A DNA stretch of 64,000 bases from an uncultured Candidatus Sumerlaeota bacterium (GCA_964446285.1 CAYUNT010000002.1:32-64031); one strand, 5' to 3'. Counted from the first letter of the stretch, positions 19,922 to 30,900 are shown. The notes: generated from the sequence alone by a model not told the origin. A program made the numbers and translations.

Positions 19922-20163
19922 CTCCGATTGATCCTTGCCAGAACTTCTTCCGCCGGAGAGGCCGTGATTTTGCCCGATTCGTATGCGTCAATTCGTGATT
20001 CGACCTCCCTTGACCACGCCTCGTCCGCACGGCGGTCTGCGGACGGATCGAAACTTTGGAACAGCCTCTCGATTAGTTCCGCCCTATCCACCGGAGGCAG
20101 CCCCAAGGCTTCTTTCAGAACTTGCTCTGCCGTGGCGTTCATGGGCCTCTCCTGAACAGACAT
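19918..20163 (-). CDS. putative addiction-module antitoxin
   Basis: 81-aa acidic protein (LPPVDRAELIERLFQSFD...) directly upstream of the toxin and translationally coupled to it (ATGA overlap). Confidence 0.7.
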   Translation of the reverse strand: MSVQERPMNATAEQVLKEALGLPPVDRAELIERLFQSFDPSADRRADEAWSREVESRIDAYESGKITASPAEEVLARINRR

Positions 20164-20202
20164 TCCGTTGCGCTAATAACTCGCCTGCAAGGCGATCTTG
20201 CG

Positions 20203-21108
20203 TTAATCCACGACTTTGTTCAGAGGATATTCGACAATGCCCGCGGCGCCGGCGCGTTTAAGCGCCGGAATCAACTCGCGCACGGTTTTCTCGGGCAAAA
20301 TGCTCTCGACCGCTACCCATTCGGGATCGTGCAGCGGCGAAACGGTCGGCGAGGTCAGCGCAGGCAGCAGCGACAGTATCTCATCAAGCGAGGCTTTCGG
20401 GGCGTTCATCTTCACCCCGACCCGCTCTTCGGCCGCGATGGCGGCTCGCAGCAGCAGCGCAATGTTCTCGATCTTCTCGCGTTTCCAGGGATCGGCCCAT
20501 GCTGCGCGGTTCGCAATGAGTTTCGTCCACGACTCCAGCACCGTGTCCACGATGCGGAGTTTGTTCGCCCGCAGCGACGACCCGGTTTCCGTCACTTCGA
20601 CAATGGCATCCACCAACTCGGGGGCTTTCACCTCGGTGGCGCCCCACGAAAACTCGACCTCGGCGCGCACGCCGTGGCGTTCGAGGTAATCGCGGGTGAG
20701 ATTGACGGCCTCGGTGGCGATGCGCCGCCCTTCCAAATCGCGCACGCCGCGGATGTCCGAATCCTCGGGCACGGCCAGCACCCATCGCACGGGGCGCATC
20801 GAGGCCTTGCTGTAGATCAGATCGGCGACTTCCACAACTTGGGCGCGGTTTTCGCGAATCCAATCGAGGCCGGTCAGACCCGCGTCGAACACGCCTTGCT
20901 CGACGTATCGCGCCATTTCCTGCGCGCGGATCAGCAGCGCTTTGATTTCGGCGTCGTCGCAGTCGGCCTTGTAAGAGCGCTCGCCGATGCGGAACGAATA
21001 GCCCGCCTTGCGGAAAAGCGCGATTGTGGCCTCTTGGAGCGACCCTTTGGGCAGCCCGAGGCGGAGAGATTTGGGGGTATCGGCGCTGGAAGATTCGCTC
21101 ATTCGCAT
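20203..21108 (-). CDS. hisG: ATP phosphoribosyltransferase (long form)
   Basis: [13 protein letters not shown]-terminal motif, length around 300 aa, C-terminal regulatory domain. Confidence 0.9.
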   Translation of the reverse strand: MRMSESSSADTPKSLRLGLPKGSLQEATIALFRKAGYSFRIGERSYKADCDDAEIKALLIRAQEMARYVEQGVFDAGLTGLDWIRENRAQVVEVADLIYSKASMRPVRWVLAVPEDSDIRGVRDLEGRRIATEAVNLTRDYLERHGVRAEVEFSWGATEVKAPELVDAIVEVTETGSSLRANKLRIVDTVLESWTKLIANRAAWADPWKREKIENIALLLRAAIAAEERVGVKMNAPKASLDEILSLLPALTSPTVSPLHDPEWVAVESILPEKTVRELIPALKRAGAAGIVEYPLNKVVD

Positions 21109-21112
21109 TTCC

Positions 21113-22675
21113 TTATTTGGATTGGCCGGAGGAAACGGCGGCGGTCGCGTTTTCGCCGGTCACGGAGGCATTGAAAGGATCAAACGGCCCCCGGTCACGC
21201 AGCGGAAGGTCCGAGTGGCCCATGAGATACGTGTCGATGTGGTGGGCGGCCTCGCGGCCTTCGTAAATGGCCCAGACAACCAGCGATTGCCCAAAGCGCG
21301 CGTCGCCCGCCGTGAAGACCTTATCGACGCTCGTTTTGTAATCCGTTCCGGCCCGGATGTTGCCGCGCGCGTCGTAAGCCACGCCCAGATCGTCAAGCAA
21401 ACCGTTGTGTTCGACGTGCACATATCCCATCGCCAACAGGACGAGATCAGCGGCGACCGTGAACTCGCTGCCCGGGATTTCTTTGAACGACCGGCGGCCC
21501 GAGGCGTCCGGCTCGCTCCATTCGATGCGCACGGCGTGGAGTTTTTCGACGCGTCCATCGCGCCCGCTCAGGGATTTGGTCAGGATGCTCCAATCGCGCA
21601 GGCCGCCTTCTTCATGGGCGGTTGAGGAGCGCAGGATGTTTGGCCAATGAGGCCATGTGTTGGGCGCTGGCTCGTCGGGCGGGCACGGGAGAAGTTCGAA
21701 CTGGCGGATTTCCGCCGCGCCCTGGCGCAACGCCGTGCCCAGGCAATCCGCGCCCGTATCTCCCCCGCCGAGGATGACGACATGTTTGCCTGTCGCCATA
21801 AGCGACCGGACGCCGCCGCCGACGATGCCTCCGACAGGTCCACCCAAGTCGTCGCCCGCCACGCGGCGGTTTTGCTGTTCGAGGAATTCCATCGCAAAAT
21901 GCACGCCATCGAGTTCGCGCCCGGGCACATCGAGGTCGCGCGGACGGCGCGAACCCATCGTCAGGCACACGGCGTCGTATTGCGCGAGCAGATCGCGCGC
22001 CGGCACATCGCGCCCGACGTGGCACGAGCGCACAAACCGCACGCCTTCCGCGACCATCTGGTCGATGCGCCGCTGGACGATGTGTTTTTCGAGCTTGAAA
22101 TCGGGAATGCCGAACATGAGCAATCCGCCGACGCGATTGTCCTTTTCATAGACAGTCACGTCGTGCCCGGCGCGGGTGAGTTGTTGCGCGCAAGCCAGCC
22201 CGGCCGGCCCCGCCCCAACCACGGCCACCTTGCGCCCTGTGCGGCGCGCGGGCGGCTGCGGGCGGATCCAGCCCTCGGCGAAGGCGTGTTCGACGATTGT
22301 AAGTTCAATGTTTTTGATGGTGACCGGCGTCCGCGGCAGGTTCAGAACGCACGCCTGCTCGCACGGCGCCGGACACACGCGCCCCGTGAACTCGGGAAAA
22401 TTGTTTGTCGAATGCAGTTGGTCTATCGCCTCGCGCCAGCGGTTGCGATATACGAGATCGTTCCAGTCCGGGATCAGGTTCCCCAGCGGGCAGCCCGAAA
22501 GGCAAAAAGGGATGCCGCATTCCATGCAGCGGGCGCCCTGCTGGCGAATCTGGTCTTCCGGCATTGCGATGGGAATTTCTTTCCAGTCCTGAATCCGCTC
22601 CTCGACAGGGCGGTAGGAAGGAGTTTGGCGGTCGATTTCCAAAAAACCGGTTGGCTTGCCCATAAGATACTTCAT
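21113..22675 (-). CDS. gltD: glutamate synthase small-subunit-like NADPH oxidoreductase (GltD family)
   Basis: [13 protein letters not shown] start, Fe-S cysteines [15 protein letters not shown] dinucleotide motifs [11 protein letters not shown] and [13 protein letters not shown]. The track ORF continues upstream to 23185 through a repeat region. Confidence 0.85.
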   Translation of the reverse strand: MKYLMGKPTGFLEIDRQTPSYRPVEERIQDWKEIPIAMPEDQIRQQGARCMECGIPFCLSGCPLGNLIPDWNDLVYRNRWREAIDQLHSTNNFPEFTGRVCPAPCEQACVLNLPRTPVTIKNIELTIVEHAFAEGWIRPQPPARRTGRKVAVVGAGPAGLACAQQLTRAGHDVTVYEKDNRVGGLLMFGIPDFKLEKHIVQRRIDQMVAEGVRFVRSCHVGRDVPARDLLAQYDAVCLTMGSRRPRDLDVPGRELDGVHFAMEFLEQQNRRVAGDDLGGPVGGIVGGGVRSLMATGKHVVILGGGDTGADCLGTALRQGAAEIRQFELLPCPPDEPAPNTWPHWPNILRSSTAHEEGGLRDWSILTKSLSGRDGRVEKLHAVRIEWSEPDASGRRSFKEIPGSEFTVAADLVLLAMGYVHVEHNGLLDDLGVAYDARGNIRAGTDYKTSVDKVFTAGDARFGQSLVVWAIYEGREAAHHIDTYLMGHSDLPLRDRGPFDPFNASVTGENATAAVSSGQSK

Positions 22676-22707
22676 CCAAAAGATAGGCGGTCTGCGCTTG
22701 GGGTTGG

Positions 22708-22839
22708 CGCGGCTGGCGCTAAGGCTCGCAAAGGCCTGAAGAGCGAGTGCGGAGCCTCGCGATCCCACTGCGACGCGGCTGGCGCTAAGGCCCGCAAAGG
22801 CCTGAAGAGCGAGTGCGGAGCCTCGCGATCCCACTGCGG
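22708..22839. repeat. tandem direct repeat, 2 x 66 bp (gcggctggcgctaaggcYcgcaaaggcctgaagagcgagtgcggagcctcgcgatcccactgcgRc)
   Basis: Two near-identical adjacent units read in the sequence. The core gcgagtgcggagcctcgcgatccc recurs at 56838-56860 (reverse complement), 57345-57370 and 63011-63036. Confidence 0.7.
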
Positions 22840-23252
22840 CGCGGTCCGCGCCTGGAGAGGCGCAATGGCCGTTTCGCGGCTTTCCTCCGGCCTGGGCGGC
22901 CTTTTGCGCGCCGCTCCTGGCCAATCCACAAACGTTCTTTCTATCGGGCCGCCTCACGCGGATCAACGGTTTGTTGATCAGCGGCGGCGACTCGGGAGTT
23001 GACTTTCCCGGACGCCAATCGGAGCGTTTCCAACTGCGCGCCCTGACCTTGTCGCAATCCACCCTTGGGAAAGAACCGGAAAGCAACCCGAGAGAAGAAA
23101 AGGACGAAAACGACCCCAAGAACCTAAACGATAAATAAGGGCAAGAGAACCGCTGAAAAACTACCCCCCACTGACCACTGACCACTGCCCGCTTCTTCTT
23201 TCACAACTCTCAACTCATCCCCCCAAACTCGCTCTCCCCGGAGGCCCCGTTC

Positions 23253-23720
23253 ATGGACATCAGCAAGCATTTCCAAATCATGCTCGATTACGAAATGCGT
23301 GCAAACCGGGCGATGCTCGATGCGATGGAAGCCGCCGTCTCTCCTCCCGAGCGCGCCGTGGCGTTTTTTGCCCACATCCTGGCGGCGCGCGAACTATGGA
23401 TCAAACGTCTGCGCCACGAATCCACAGATGGTTTCGATCCGTTTCCGGCCTGGACCCTCGCCGAGCAACGCGCGCGTATGGAAAAGATCGACGCGACCTG
23501 GAAGGAATTGACCGCTCAATTCGACTGGGCGCGCATCGAAGAGCCTGTGGAATACACCGACACGCGCGGCGGACGCTGGCGCACGCGGCTCTACGATGCT
23601 TTGTCGAATCTTGTCACGCATTCGGCATATCATCGCGGCCAGATCGCGATTCTTCTGCGGCATTTTGGCGCCGATCCTCCTGTCGTGGATTATTTGTATT
23701 TCCAGCGCGAACGGCTCTGA
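23253..23720 (+). CDS. DinB/YfiT-like (DinB_2) family protein
   Basis: HSAYHRGQIAILLRHFG C-terminal motif and four-helix-bundle-like length of 155 aa. Confidence 0.75.
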   Translation: MDISKHFQIMLDYEMRANRAMLDAMEAAVSPPERAVAFFAHILAARELWIKRLRHESTDGFDPFPAWTLAEQRARMEKIDATWKELTAQFDWARIEEPVEYTDTRGGRWRTRLYDALSNLVTHSAYHRGQIAILLRHFGADPPVVDYLYFQRERL

Positions 23721-23811
23721 GCGCTCCCGGTGGCCAATTGCGGGGGCAGTGAGGATTCCGGCGCGAGAGACGCCAAAAATCTGTGTGATTGAAAAGAAAA
23801 AGAAGGGCCTG

Positions 23812-24276
23812 ATGAAGATGAGGCGAATGGACCGGGTTATGGAGGAAAAGGACGCCATCGAACTCCTGAGAAAGGGCGAATGGGGTGTATTGTCCACCGC
23901 GGACTCCAAGGGCCAGCCCTATGGCGTCCCGATGAATTATGCGCTGGAAAACGGCTATATCTATCTGCACTGCGCGGCCGCGGGAGGACATCGTTTGGAG
24001 GCCATTTCGAAAAAGGCCAAAGTCTGTTTTACGGTGGTCGGAAACACTGAAGTGCTGCCCGAGAAATTTTCCACCCGCTACGAAAGCGTCATCGTATTCG
24101 GAAAAGCGGCTCTGGTGGAAACGGATGAAGAGAAAATGGCGGCGCTCATGGCGTTTCTCCGCAAATACAGCGCGGATTTCATGGATGAGGGCGTTGCCTA
24201 CATCCACAGAGACATGTCAAAGACGGCCATAATCCGCGTGACGCTCGACCAAGTAACCGGCAAGAGAAGGCCCTAG
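23812..24276 (+). CDS. pyridoxamine 5'-phosphate oxidase-like FMN-binding protein
   Basis: Split-barrel PNPOx-like pattern (GVLSTADSKGQPYGVPMNYALENGYIYLHCAAAG). Ends with a TAG stop, so TAG functions as a normal stop in this genome. Confidence 0.7.
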   Translation: MKMRRMDRVMEEKDAIELLRKGEWGVLSTADSKGQPYGVPMNYALENGYIYLHCAAAGGHRLEAISKKAKVCFTVVGNTEVLPEKFSTRYESVIVFGKAALVETDEEKMAALMAFLRKYSADFMDEGVAYIHRDMSKTAIIRVTLDQVTGKRRP

Positions 24277-24512
24277 GGCAGTGGACATGGCGGACACACG
24301 GACATTCGGATAGGAATGGTCCCTTTGCATGGCGCCCGGCCCTGTTGGACCCAAACGGAAAATTAATGCGCGGCAAAAGGGAAGGAATTGACGCCCCTCC
24401 GCCGCGATGCTAATGCCCTTGCCGCCTTCGCCGGGATGGCCCATACTTCTGGGCGAAGGGGCGGCGGTGGCCAGATTCGCTTCGCGCCGCCCAGTCAAGA
24501 AAGGCGCAGTTC

Positions 24513-25310
24513 ATGATTTCCCTGCCGCTTCCGGTTGATCCTTCGACAAACGATTCCTTCGCCAGTGGCGCGCCCTTCGCCGTTCTGTTCGACAGCGACG
24601 GCGTCGTGGTGGACAGCGAGCAAATCAGCCTGGTGGCATTTCGCCAGGCGACCGAAGAATTTATTGGCGCGCCGCTTCCCGAGGATGAAATCGAGGCGGC
24701 GTGCGGATTGCGCGACGCTGACATTGTGGCGCGAATGGCGCGGCGTTTCGGAGTGGCGGTGGACATCGAGGCATACAAAGACCGCAAGGCGTCTTTGTAT
24801 CGTTATTACGCCGAAGAAAAATCCGTTCATGCCTTCGCCGGAGTGCGCGAATTGCTCGATCATTTGTCCGAGCAGCGCATCCCCTACGCGCTGGCTTCGT
24901 CCGGCCCTCGCTGGAAAATCGAATACAACCTGGCTGCGGCGAATTTGAGGCATTTGTTCCCCGTGGCTGTGAGCGGCGAAGAAGTGGAACGCGGAAAGCC
25001 CGAGCCGGACGTCTTCATCGAGGCGGCGCGGCGCGTCGGAATGGATCCACGTCGTTGCGTGGTGATCGAAGACAGCGTCAATGGCGTTCGGGCGGCGCGC
25101 GCGGCGGGAATGGCCTGCATGGCCGTTACAAACACCTTCGCGCCCTTCCAACTCCACCAGGCCGACCGCATTGTGGAATCGCTCGAACGAATCACGGCGG
25201 ATGACCTGGGGCGGCTTGTGTTCGATAAAAATTTACGGCGCGCCATGCCGTCGGACGCGGCTCTGGCGGCGCCTCTCGCGGTCAAAACCCGCGTCAAAGT
25301 GCTGAATTAA
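24513..25310 (+). CDS. HAD-IA family hydrolase (beta-phosphoglucomutase-like)
   Basis: Motif I FDSDGVVVDSE, ERGKPEPDVF, and VIEDSVNGVRAARAAGM. Confidence 0.8.
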   Translation: MISLPLPVDPSTNDSFASGAPFAVLFDSDGVVVDSEQISLVAFRQATEEFIGAPLPEDEIEAACGLRDADIVARMARRFGVAVDIEAYKDRKASLYRYYAEEKSVHAFAGVRELLDHLSEQRIPYALASSGPRWKIEYNLAAANLRHLFPVAVSGEEVERGKPEPDVFIEAARRVGMDPRRCVVIEDSVNGVRAARAAGMACMAVTNTFAPFQLHQADRIVESLERITADDLGRLVFDKNLRRAMPSDAALAAPLAVKTRVKVLN

Positions 25311-25384
25311 CCTGCAATAACGAAAATCACCCGCAACGGTGGCGGCAAAAATCGCACCCGCAATGCTTCCCTGCGGCTTAGCGG

Positions 25385-26695
25385 CTAGGTATTCGACACC
25401 GGGAGCCGGATTTGAAATATGGTTCCGTGCTCTGGCGAACTGTGCAGGCAAACCGTGCCTTTGTGGTCCTCGATGACTTTCCTTACCACAGACAATCCCA
25501 ATCCTGTGCCTTTCGATCCTTTTGTTGTGAAAAATGGCTCAAAAATGTGGCCCAATATATGATCGGGAATGCCTGGCCCGTCGTCGATGACCTCAATAAC
25601 GGCGGCATCGGCATTTGTTCCCGCGCACGCATTTGCGTTTCCCCCCCCGGCCGTCCCTGCGGATTTTTCACCGCGGTTCTGCATCAGGCGCGTGCGAATC
25701 ATCACGCGCGAACCTCGATGATTCGAGCAGGCGTCGAGCGCATTGGTCACCAGGTTCAGAACCGCATCGGCAATTGCCATGCGATCCAGCAGCAACGGGG
25801 GGAGCGCGGGATCGAGTTCGCAATCCAATTCCACCTTGTGATCCGTTGCGGAGGCGGCGCATTCCTCCACAATCTCGCGCACGATCGTATTCAAATCCTC
25901 GGGCGCGATTTCCAGGGTCTGCGCCTTCGAGAATGCCAGCATATCCTTGATTAGCGTTACGATCCGGCTCTTGCTGCGTTCGAAGATCGGAAAACTTTCC
26001 GCGATCATTTCCTGATTGCCCATTTGAATGCCCGTTCGGATCAGGCTGACCGATCCCTCGATGCCCGTGAGGACATTTTTAATGTAATGGGCAATGCCCG
26101 CGATGGCGACACCGAGGGCGGCCAGGCGTTCATTTTGGAGGTTTTTCTCGATCAGGCGCGCGTTTTCGATCGCGAGTCCGGCCTGGCGGGCAAAAATCTG
26201 AAGGATTTTCGCATCCTCGCCCGAGAAGTGTTCACGCCCCACTGTGTTCACCACTTCAAGAACGCCAATCAGCGTCTCATTGCGTCCGATCATGGGCGCG
26301 GCGATGAGGTTGCGCGTGGTGAACGCTGTCTTGTCATCTGCCTTTTTCGAGTGGCGCGGATCGGTGGCGGCGTTTTCGCTTATGACAATCTCGCGTTTTT
26401 GCGCGCACAGCCCGGCCACGCCTTCGCCCATCGCAAGCCGGACAGGCTTGATGCGCTCGCCCGCCTCGCCGAGCGCCACTTCGAAAAACAAATCGTTGCG
26501 CTCGGGATCGTAAAGCAAAAGCGACGATCCCTCGGCCCGCATCAGCGATTTGCTTTCGGCCATGATGAGTTCAAGGAGTTCGCCCAGGCGGTTCACGGCG
26601 GAAATCATGCCGCTCAGACGGTAGAGCGCGTCGAGATAGCGGGTTTCCGCCTCGCAAACCGCCGCGTTCTCGGGTTGGGAATGGGCTTCACTCAT
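25385..26695 (-). CDS. cytoplasmic sensor histidine kinase with GAF domain
   Basis: GAF-like N-terminus, an H-box (AHYIKNVL), and an HATPase_c G-box (DDGPGIPDHILGHIFEPFFTTKGSKGTGLGLSVV). No TM segments. Confidence 0.85.
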   Translation of the reverse strand: MSEAHSQPENAAVCEAETRYLDALYRLSGMISAVNRLGELLELIMAESKSLMRAEGSSLLLYDPERNDLFFEVALGEAGERIKPVRLAMGEGVAGLCAQKREIVISENAATDPRHSKKADDKTAFTTRNLIAAPMIGRNETLIGVLEVVNTVGREHFSGEDAKILQIFARQAGLAIENARLIEKNLQNERLAALGVAIAGIAHYIKNVLTGIEGSVSLIRTGIQMGNQEMIAESFPIFERSKSRIVTLIKDMLAFSKAQTLEIAPEDLNTIVREIVEECAASATDHKVELDCELDPALPPLLLDRMAIADAVLNLVTNALDACSNHRGSRVMIRTRLMQNRGEKSAGTAGGGNANACAGTNADAAVIEVIDDGPGIPDHILGHIFEPFFTTKGSKGTGLGLSVVRKVIEDHKGTVCLHSSPEHGTIFQIRLPVSNT

Positions 26696-27045
26696 GATGG
26701 AACTCCGGATGCAAACGGTGATTCTTCCCCAAGAATTCCACGCGCCGCCAACTCATTGCGTTTGATTCCAAAGCACTTTCGCCCGGCCGCGCAAAGAACA
26801 AAACCGTTGCACAGCACAGTCTCATACAACATGGCAAGTATAGAACGCCGCAGGCCGGATGCCAATCCGGAATCTTGGCCAGCCGAAAGACTGCGGTAGC
26901 CGCGCCGGGAAATCGCCCTTGCCTGAACAGCCCGAAAGCCGATGTATTTGGAGCGGAGACGGTTTATTGGCGCTTCGTTTCGCGATGTATAAACAATAAG
27001 TCCTGCAATAAATGAGAAATCACTCTCCACAAGGGGCATGATGTG

Positions 27046-29592
27046 ATGCGCAAACCGGTTTGTTATGCCATCTGCCTGGAAGCGTTCCTGGCTCTGATTC
27101 TTGCTGGATGCACGCCGATGGGGCGGATGCTCGGACTGAAAGGGGCTTCCTCCGCCATGCAAACGCCGCCGGTCGTCGTGGACGCTCAGCCGCAAGGGGC
27201 GCTTTCGGGCGTTATTCTCTATTGCGGCGCGGGACATGGCTGGACGCTCGATTCCGCCGACCGCCGCCCCACCGACGGCGACAGCGGATGGTGGACGCAG
27301 CGCGGAATCACAAACGGCCTCGTCGAGGATTATGGCAATATCGACCAATTGAATCTCTTCGCTGAAATGGCTTGGCGCGCAGGGGCGACCATTGTTCCCT
27401 TCCGCCCGCTCGGACATCAGACGCGCGAAGTCGTGATGGACAACGGCGATCCGGGCGTGGAATTCAACGGCTTGTGGAGCGACGTCCACGCCTCTGTTTA
27501 TTATGGTAACGCAAACGACGCAGCGGGCTATAGGGTGGCGCCGGCCTCGGCGGATGCGGAAACGGCCACGGCCCGCTATACGCCCACGCTGTCCGAAGCG
27601 GGCATCTATCCCGTTTATACCTGGGCGGATTACGGCGCGGACCGCCTGCGCCGCCAGCGCTATCGCATTCGCCACACGGGCGGAGTTACCGAGGTGTTTG
27701 TGAATCATCGGCGCGTGGGGCGCGGATGGGTGTGGCTGGGGAATTACTTCTTCGAAGCGGGACGCGATGGGTATGTGGAAATCAGCAATCGCTGCGGCGC
27801 GGGAGATGGCGGCGTGGTCGTGGCGGATGCAATCCGGTTTGGCGTGGGCATGGGCGATGTGAATCGCGGCAGCGGCGTTTCAGGGCAGCCACGAGAATTG
27901 GAGGCGGCGCTTTACTGGATCGAACGGATGCTGGGCCAGGGCGCGCCCGGCGATGTTTGCGCCCGCACGAAATTCGACGATTACGACGCCAATGTGGGGT
28001 CGCCTGCCCGCATGTCGGCCTGGATGAACAACGAGGCCGATGGCGAGTATGCAGATCGCATCTATCTTGGATTCCATTCCAACGCAGGGCGCAATGGGTC
28101 GCTGCGCGGCGCATGGACGCTGTTCAACAACGAATACACAACGACGGATCAGGAACGCTATGCGCAGGTGGTTTGCGAGGAAATCGAAAATGAAATGGAG
28201 CGTCTCGACGAGGGAGTTGCCTTTCCCGAGGACTGGAATTCCACGCTGAAAGTCAAGGTATATGGCTCGAATTACGGCGAAATCCGCTCGGGTTACAACA
28301 ATAACGAAATGAACGCAACAATCGCCGAGGTGGCCTTCCACGATAACGCCCCGGACGCGGAGATATTGAAGGATCCGAAGGCGCGGCGCGTGATGGCGCG
28401 CGCGGCGCTTCGCGGCGTGATCCGCTACTTGAACGAGGCGTCGAAAGGGCGCGTGCCGGCGGCGTATCCGCCCGATGCGCCAACGCACCTCCGCGTGAAA
28501 GGCGCCGGCGGCGGAAAGGCTGTCCTATCCTGGAAAGCCCCCGAGCGCGGCACTGCGGCGGCGGAAGGCGATCCCCCCGCAGGGTATGTAGTGTATCGCT
28601 CGGAAGACGGGCGCGGATTCGCGGCGGCGGCCCGCATCGAAGGCGGCGAAACCACGCAAGCGCGCATCCAGATCGGACGCGCCCGCGCAGGTTCCGGCGC
28701 GGGAAAAGCGGGGGGAACGGTGTTTTTCCGCGTGGCGGCTTGGAATTCGGGCGGTGAATCCGATCCGTCGCCTGTCGTGGCGGTTCGCAACAGCGGCCAG
28801 GGCCGGGGGCGGCGCGCGCTGATCGTGGATGGCTTCGACCGCCAGGACGCCGGGCAGTCGCCGATTGTCGAAGTGGCGTCGCACCTCGGCAGCACCTCGG
28901 GCGGCGGCGGGCGCTTCGCGATTCTGCGGCCCGAACGCATGAATCCGCGCAACAGCACAGTGGCGCACGCGATCGCGCTGGCGGATAACGAAATGGATTT
29001 CGATTCGTGCGAAAGCGCCGCAGTCTCCGCTGGCCTCGTTTCGCCGCGCGACTACGCCCTTGTGGCATGGGCCTGCGGGACGGACGGCCCGGCAGGCGGC
29101 CACTCGCTCGACGAACGCGAACTGGCGATATTGCGCGAATTTGTCGAAAGCGGCGGCGCGCTTTTGCTCAGCGGTTCGGAAATCGGATCGGCCCTGTCGA
29201 AGGCAAAAGGCAGCGGCGCGGAGTTTTCCCGAGATATTCTAAAATCGGAATACAAAGCCACCCTTCCGGGAGCATCGCGCGCGGCCGGCGTGTCCGGTTC
29301 TGTATTCGAGGGCGTGAGCGAATTTGGATTTGGCGCCGCTCAGGAGCCTGGGACGTTCGAGACGCCCGCGTGCGATTGGATCAGCCCGTTGCCAGGAGCG
29401 CGGGCGGCCTTGAAATTCGCCGGTGAAATCACCGCGCCCGGAGAAGGCGCGGCGGCCATTCAGGCGGAGGTGGGCGAAAAGGGCCGCGTGCTGTATCTGG
29501 CATTTCCATTCGAGGCGTCGGGACCGCGCGAAACCCGCGCCCTGCTGATGGCGCTGGCCTTGAATGATTTCCTGCTGCGCGCGCCCCGCTGA
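27046..29592 (+). CDS. lipoprotein with Amidase_3-like (N-acetylmuramoyl-L-alanine amidase) and FN3-like domains
   Basis: Lipobox LILAGC after MRKPVCYAICLEAFLA. LGFHSNAG ... EVAFHDN blocks resemble the MurNAc-LAA zinc-site pattern. PTHLRVKGAGGGKAVLSWKAP ... YVVYRSEDG looks FN3-like. Confidence 0.6.
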   Translation: MRKPVCYAICLEAFLALILAGCTPMGRMLGLKGASSAMQTPPVVVDAQPQGALSGVILYCGAGHGWTLDSADRRPTDGDSGWWTQRGITNGLVEDYGNIDQLNLFAEMAWRAGATIVPFRPLGHQTREVVMDNGDPGVEFNGLWSDVHASVYYGNANDAAGYRVAPASADAETATARYTPTLSEAGIYPVYTWADYGADRLRRQRYRIRHTGGVTEVFVNHRRVGRGWVWLGNYFFEAGRDGYVEISNRCGAGDGGVVVADAIRFGVGMGDVNRGSGVSGQPRELEAALYWIERMLGQGAPGDVCARTKFDDYDANVGSPARMSAWMNNEADGEYADRIYLGFHSNAGRNGSLRGAWTLFNNEYTTTDQERYAQVVCEEIENEMERLDEGVAFPEDWNSTLKVKVYGSNYGEIRSGYNNNEMNATIAEVAFHDNAPDAEILKDPKARRVMARAALRGVIRYLNEASKGRVPAAYPPDAPTHLRVKGAGGGKAVLSWKAPERGTAAAEGDPPAGYVVYRSEDGRGFAAAARIEGGETTQARIQIGRARAGSGAGKAGGTVFFRVAAWNSGGESDPSPVVAVRNSGQGRGRRALIVDGFDRQDAGQSPIVEVASHLGSTSGGGGRFAILRPERMNPRNSTVAHAIALADNEMDFDSCESAAVSAGLVSPRDYALVAWACGTDGPAGGHSLDERELAILREFVESGGALLLSGSEIGSALSKAKGSGAEFSRDILKSEYKATLPGASRAAGVSGSVFEGVSEFGFGAAQEPGTFETPACDWISPLPGARAALKFAGEITAPGEGAAAIQAEVGEKGRVLYLAFPFEASGPRETRALLMALALNDFLLRAPR

Positions 29593-29771
29593 CGCCCGCG
29601 CCAATGCCGATAGAAGAAATGCGCTTGCCTTGGCGGCCCTCAAGCGGGCAAGTCTGTTAAGAATAATTAAGGGCAGGCTTTTGGGCAGGCCCCTTTTTCA
29701 TTTGCCGCTGTTGTTTTTGGCGGCAGCCTTATTCCCCCACGGCATCGTCTGAATTCGAGTTCTCCGGACAC

Positions 29772-30896
29772 ATGGCGCACGCATATACTCCCGGTTTGCA
29801 AGTCACCCCCGAATCCATCGTTGAAAAAACCCGTCAGTTGCCGCTTCCGGGCAAAGTGCTGGCAAAATCCGGCGACCGCGTAACGGCCGAACAGGTAATT
29901 GCCACAACGGATTTCCCGGGCGATGTGATTACGGTCAATGTCGTGAATCAGCTCGGCATCGAGCCGCACGACCTGCCCGAGTTCATGCTCAAAAAGGAAG
30001 GCGACACGGTCCGCGAAAACGAGCCGATCGCGGAAAACAAGCCGTTCTTCAAATTCATGAAGACGACAATCAAGTCGCCCATCACGGGAACGGTCGAAAG
30101 CGTATCGAGCATCACGGGACAGGTGCTTTTGCGCAATCCGCCGCGAAAAATCGAACTGCGCGCTTACATCGACGGCGTCGTCACAGAAGTGATTCCCGAT
30201 TCGGGCGTGGTCATAACCACCGCAGCCACATTTGTGCAGGGGATTCTCGGAATAGGCGGCGAAAAAAACGGCGTGCTGGCGGCGGCCATCGACAAGGTGG
30301 ATGCGGTCCTTACCGCGGATTGCATCCGGCCCGAGCACAAAGGGAAAATCCTGTTTGGCGGCTCGCTTATCGAGGCCCCGGCGCTGAAAAAGGCGCTCGA
30401 AATCGGCGTGGCGGGCATCATCACGGGCGGATTCAGCGCGCACGACCTCAAGGAATGGCTCGGCTACGACCTCGGCGTGGCTATTACGGGCGACGAAGAT
30501 GTGGCGACAACACTGATTATCACCGAGGGATTCGGGAAAATGGCGATGGCCCGCCGCACGTTCGACCTGCTGAAGACGTGCGAAGGCAAACGGGCTTCGA
30601 TCAGCGGCCGCACGCAAATTCGCGCGGGCGTGATGCGCCCCGAGGTGATCGTCCCGCTGGCCAAAGACCCCTCCGCAGTGGCCAAAGGGCGCGACGCCGC
30701 CTCGGGACTCAAGGAAGGCGACCCTGTGCGCATTATCCGCGAGCCGTATTTTGGCCGCCTGGGCAAGGTGGCCGGGCTGCCCCCGGAACTAGTAAAGATC
30801 GAGACCGAAGCAAAGGTGCGCATCATGAAGGTGGAATTGGAAGGCGGCGAGGTCATTACGATTCCCCGCACCAATGTCGAGGCGATTGAGGTATAG
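29772..30896 (+). CDS. hypothetical soluble protein with N-terminal barrel-sandwich-hybrid (biotinyl/lipoyl-like) motif; first gene of the coupled 5-gene operon
   Basis: GKVLAKSGDRVTAEQVIATTDF hybrid-motif-like segment and a Gly-rich central domain (ILGIGGEKNGVLAAAIDK... GVAGIITGG). No TM segments. Confidence 0.6.
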   Translation: MAHAYTPGLQVTPESIVEKTRQLPLPGKVLAKSGDRVTAEQVIATTDFPGDVITVNVVNQLGIEPHDLPEFMLKKEGDTVRENEPIAENKPFFKFMKTTIKSPITGTVESVSSITGQVLLRNPPRKIELRAYIDGVVTEVIPDSGVVITTAATFVQGILGIGGEKNGVLAAAIDKVDAVLTADCIRPEHKGKILFGGSLIEAPALKKALEIGVAGIITGGFSAHDLKEWLGYDLGVAITGDEDVATTLIITEGFGKMAMARRTFDLLKTCEGKRASISGRTQIRAGVMRPEVIVPLAKDPSAVAKGRDAASGLKEGDPVRIIREPYFGRLGKVAGLPPELVKIETEAKVRIMKVELEGGEVITIPRTNVEAIEV

Positions 30897-30900
30897 TCTC

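Noticed and set aside
22708-22839. Tandem 66-bp repeats considered as a possible CRISPR array.
   Set aside because: There are only two units, directly adjacent with no intervening spacers, and no cas genes nearby. It is a plain tandem duplication.
29641-29700. Putative terminator after the amidase gene (gggcaggcttttgggcaggcccctttttc).
   Set aside because: The two GC blocks are direct rather than inverted repeats, so no stable hairpin forms. It was not called as a terminator.
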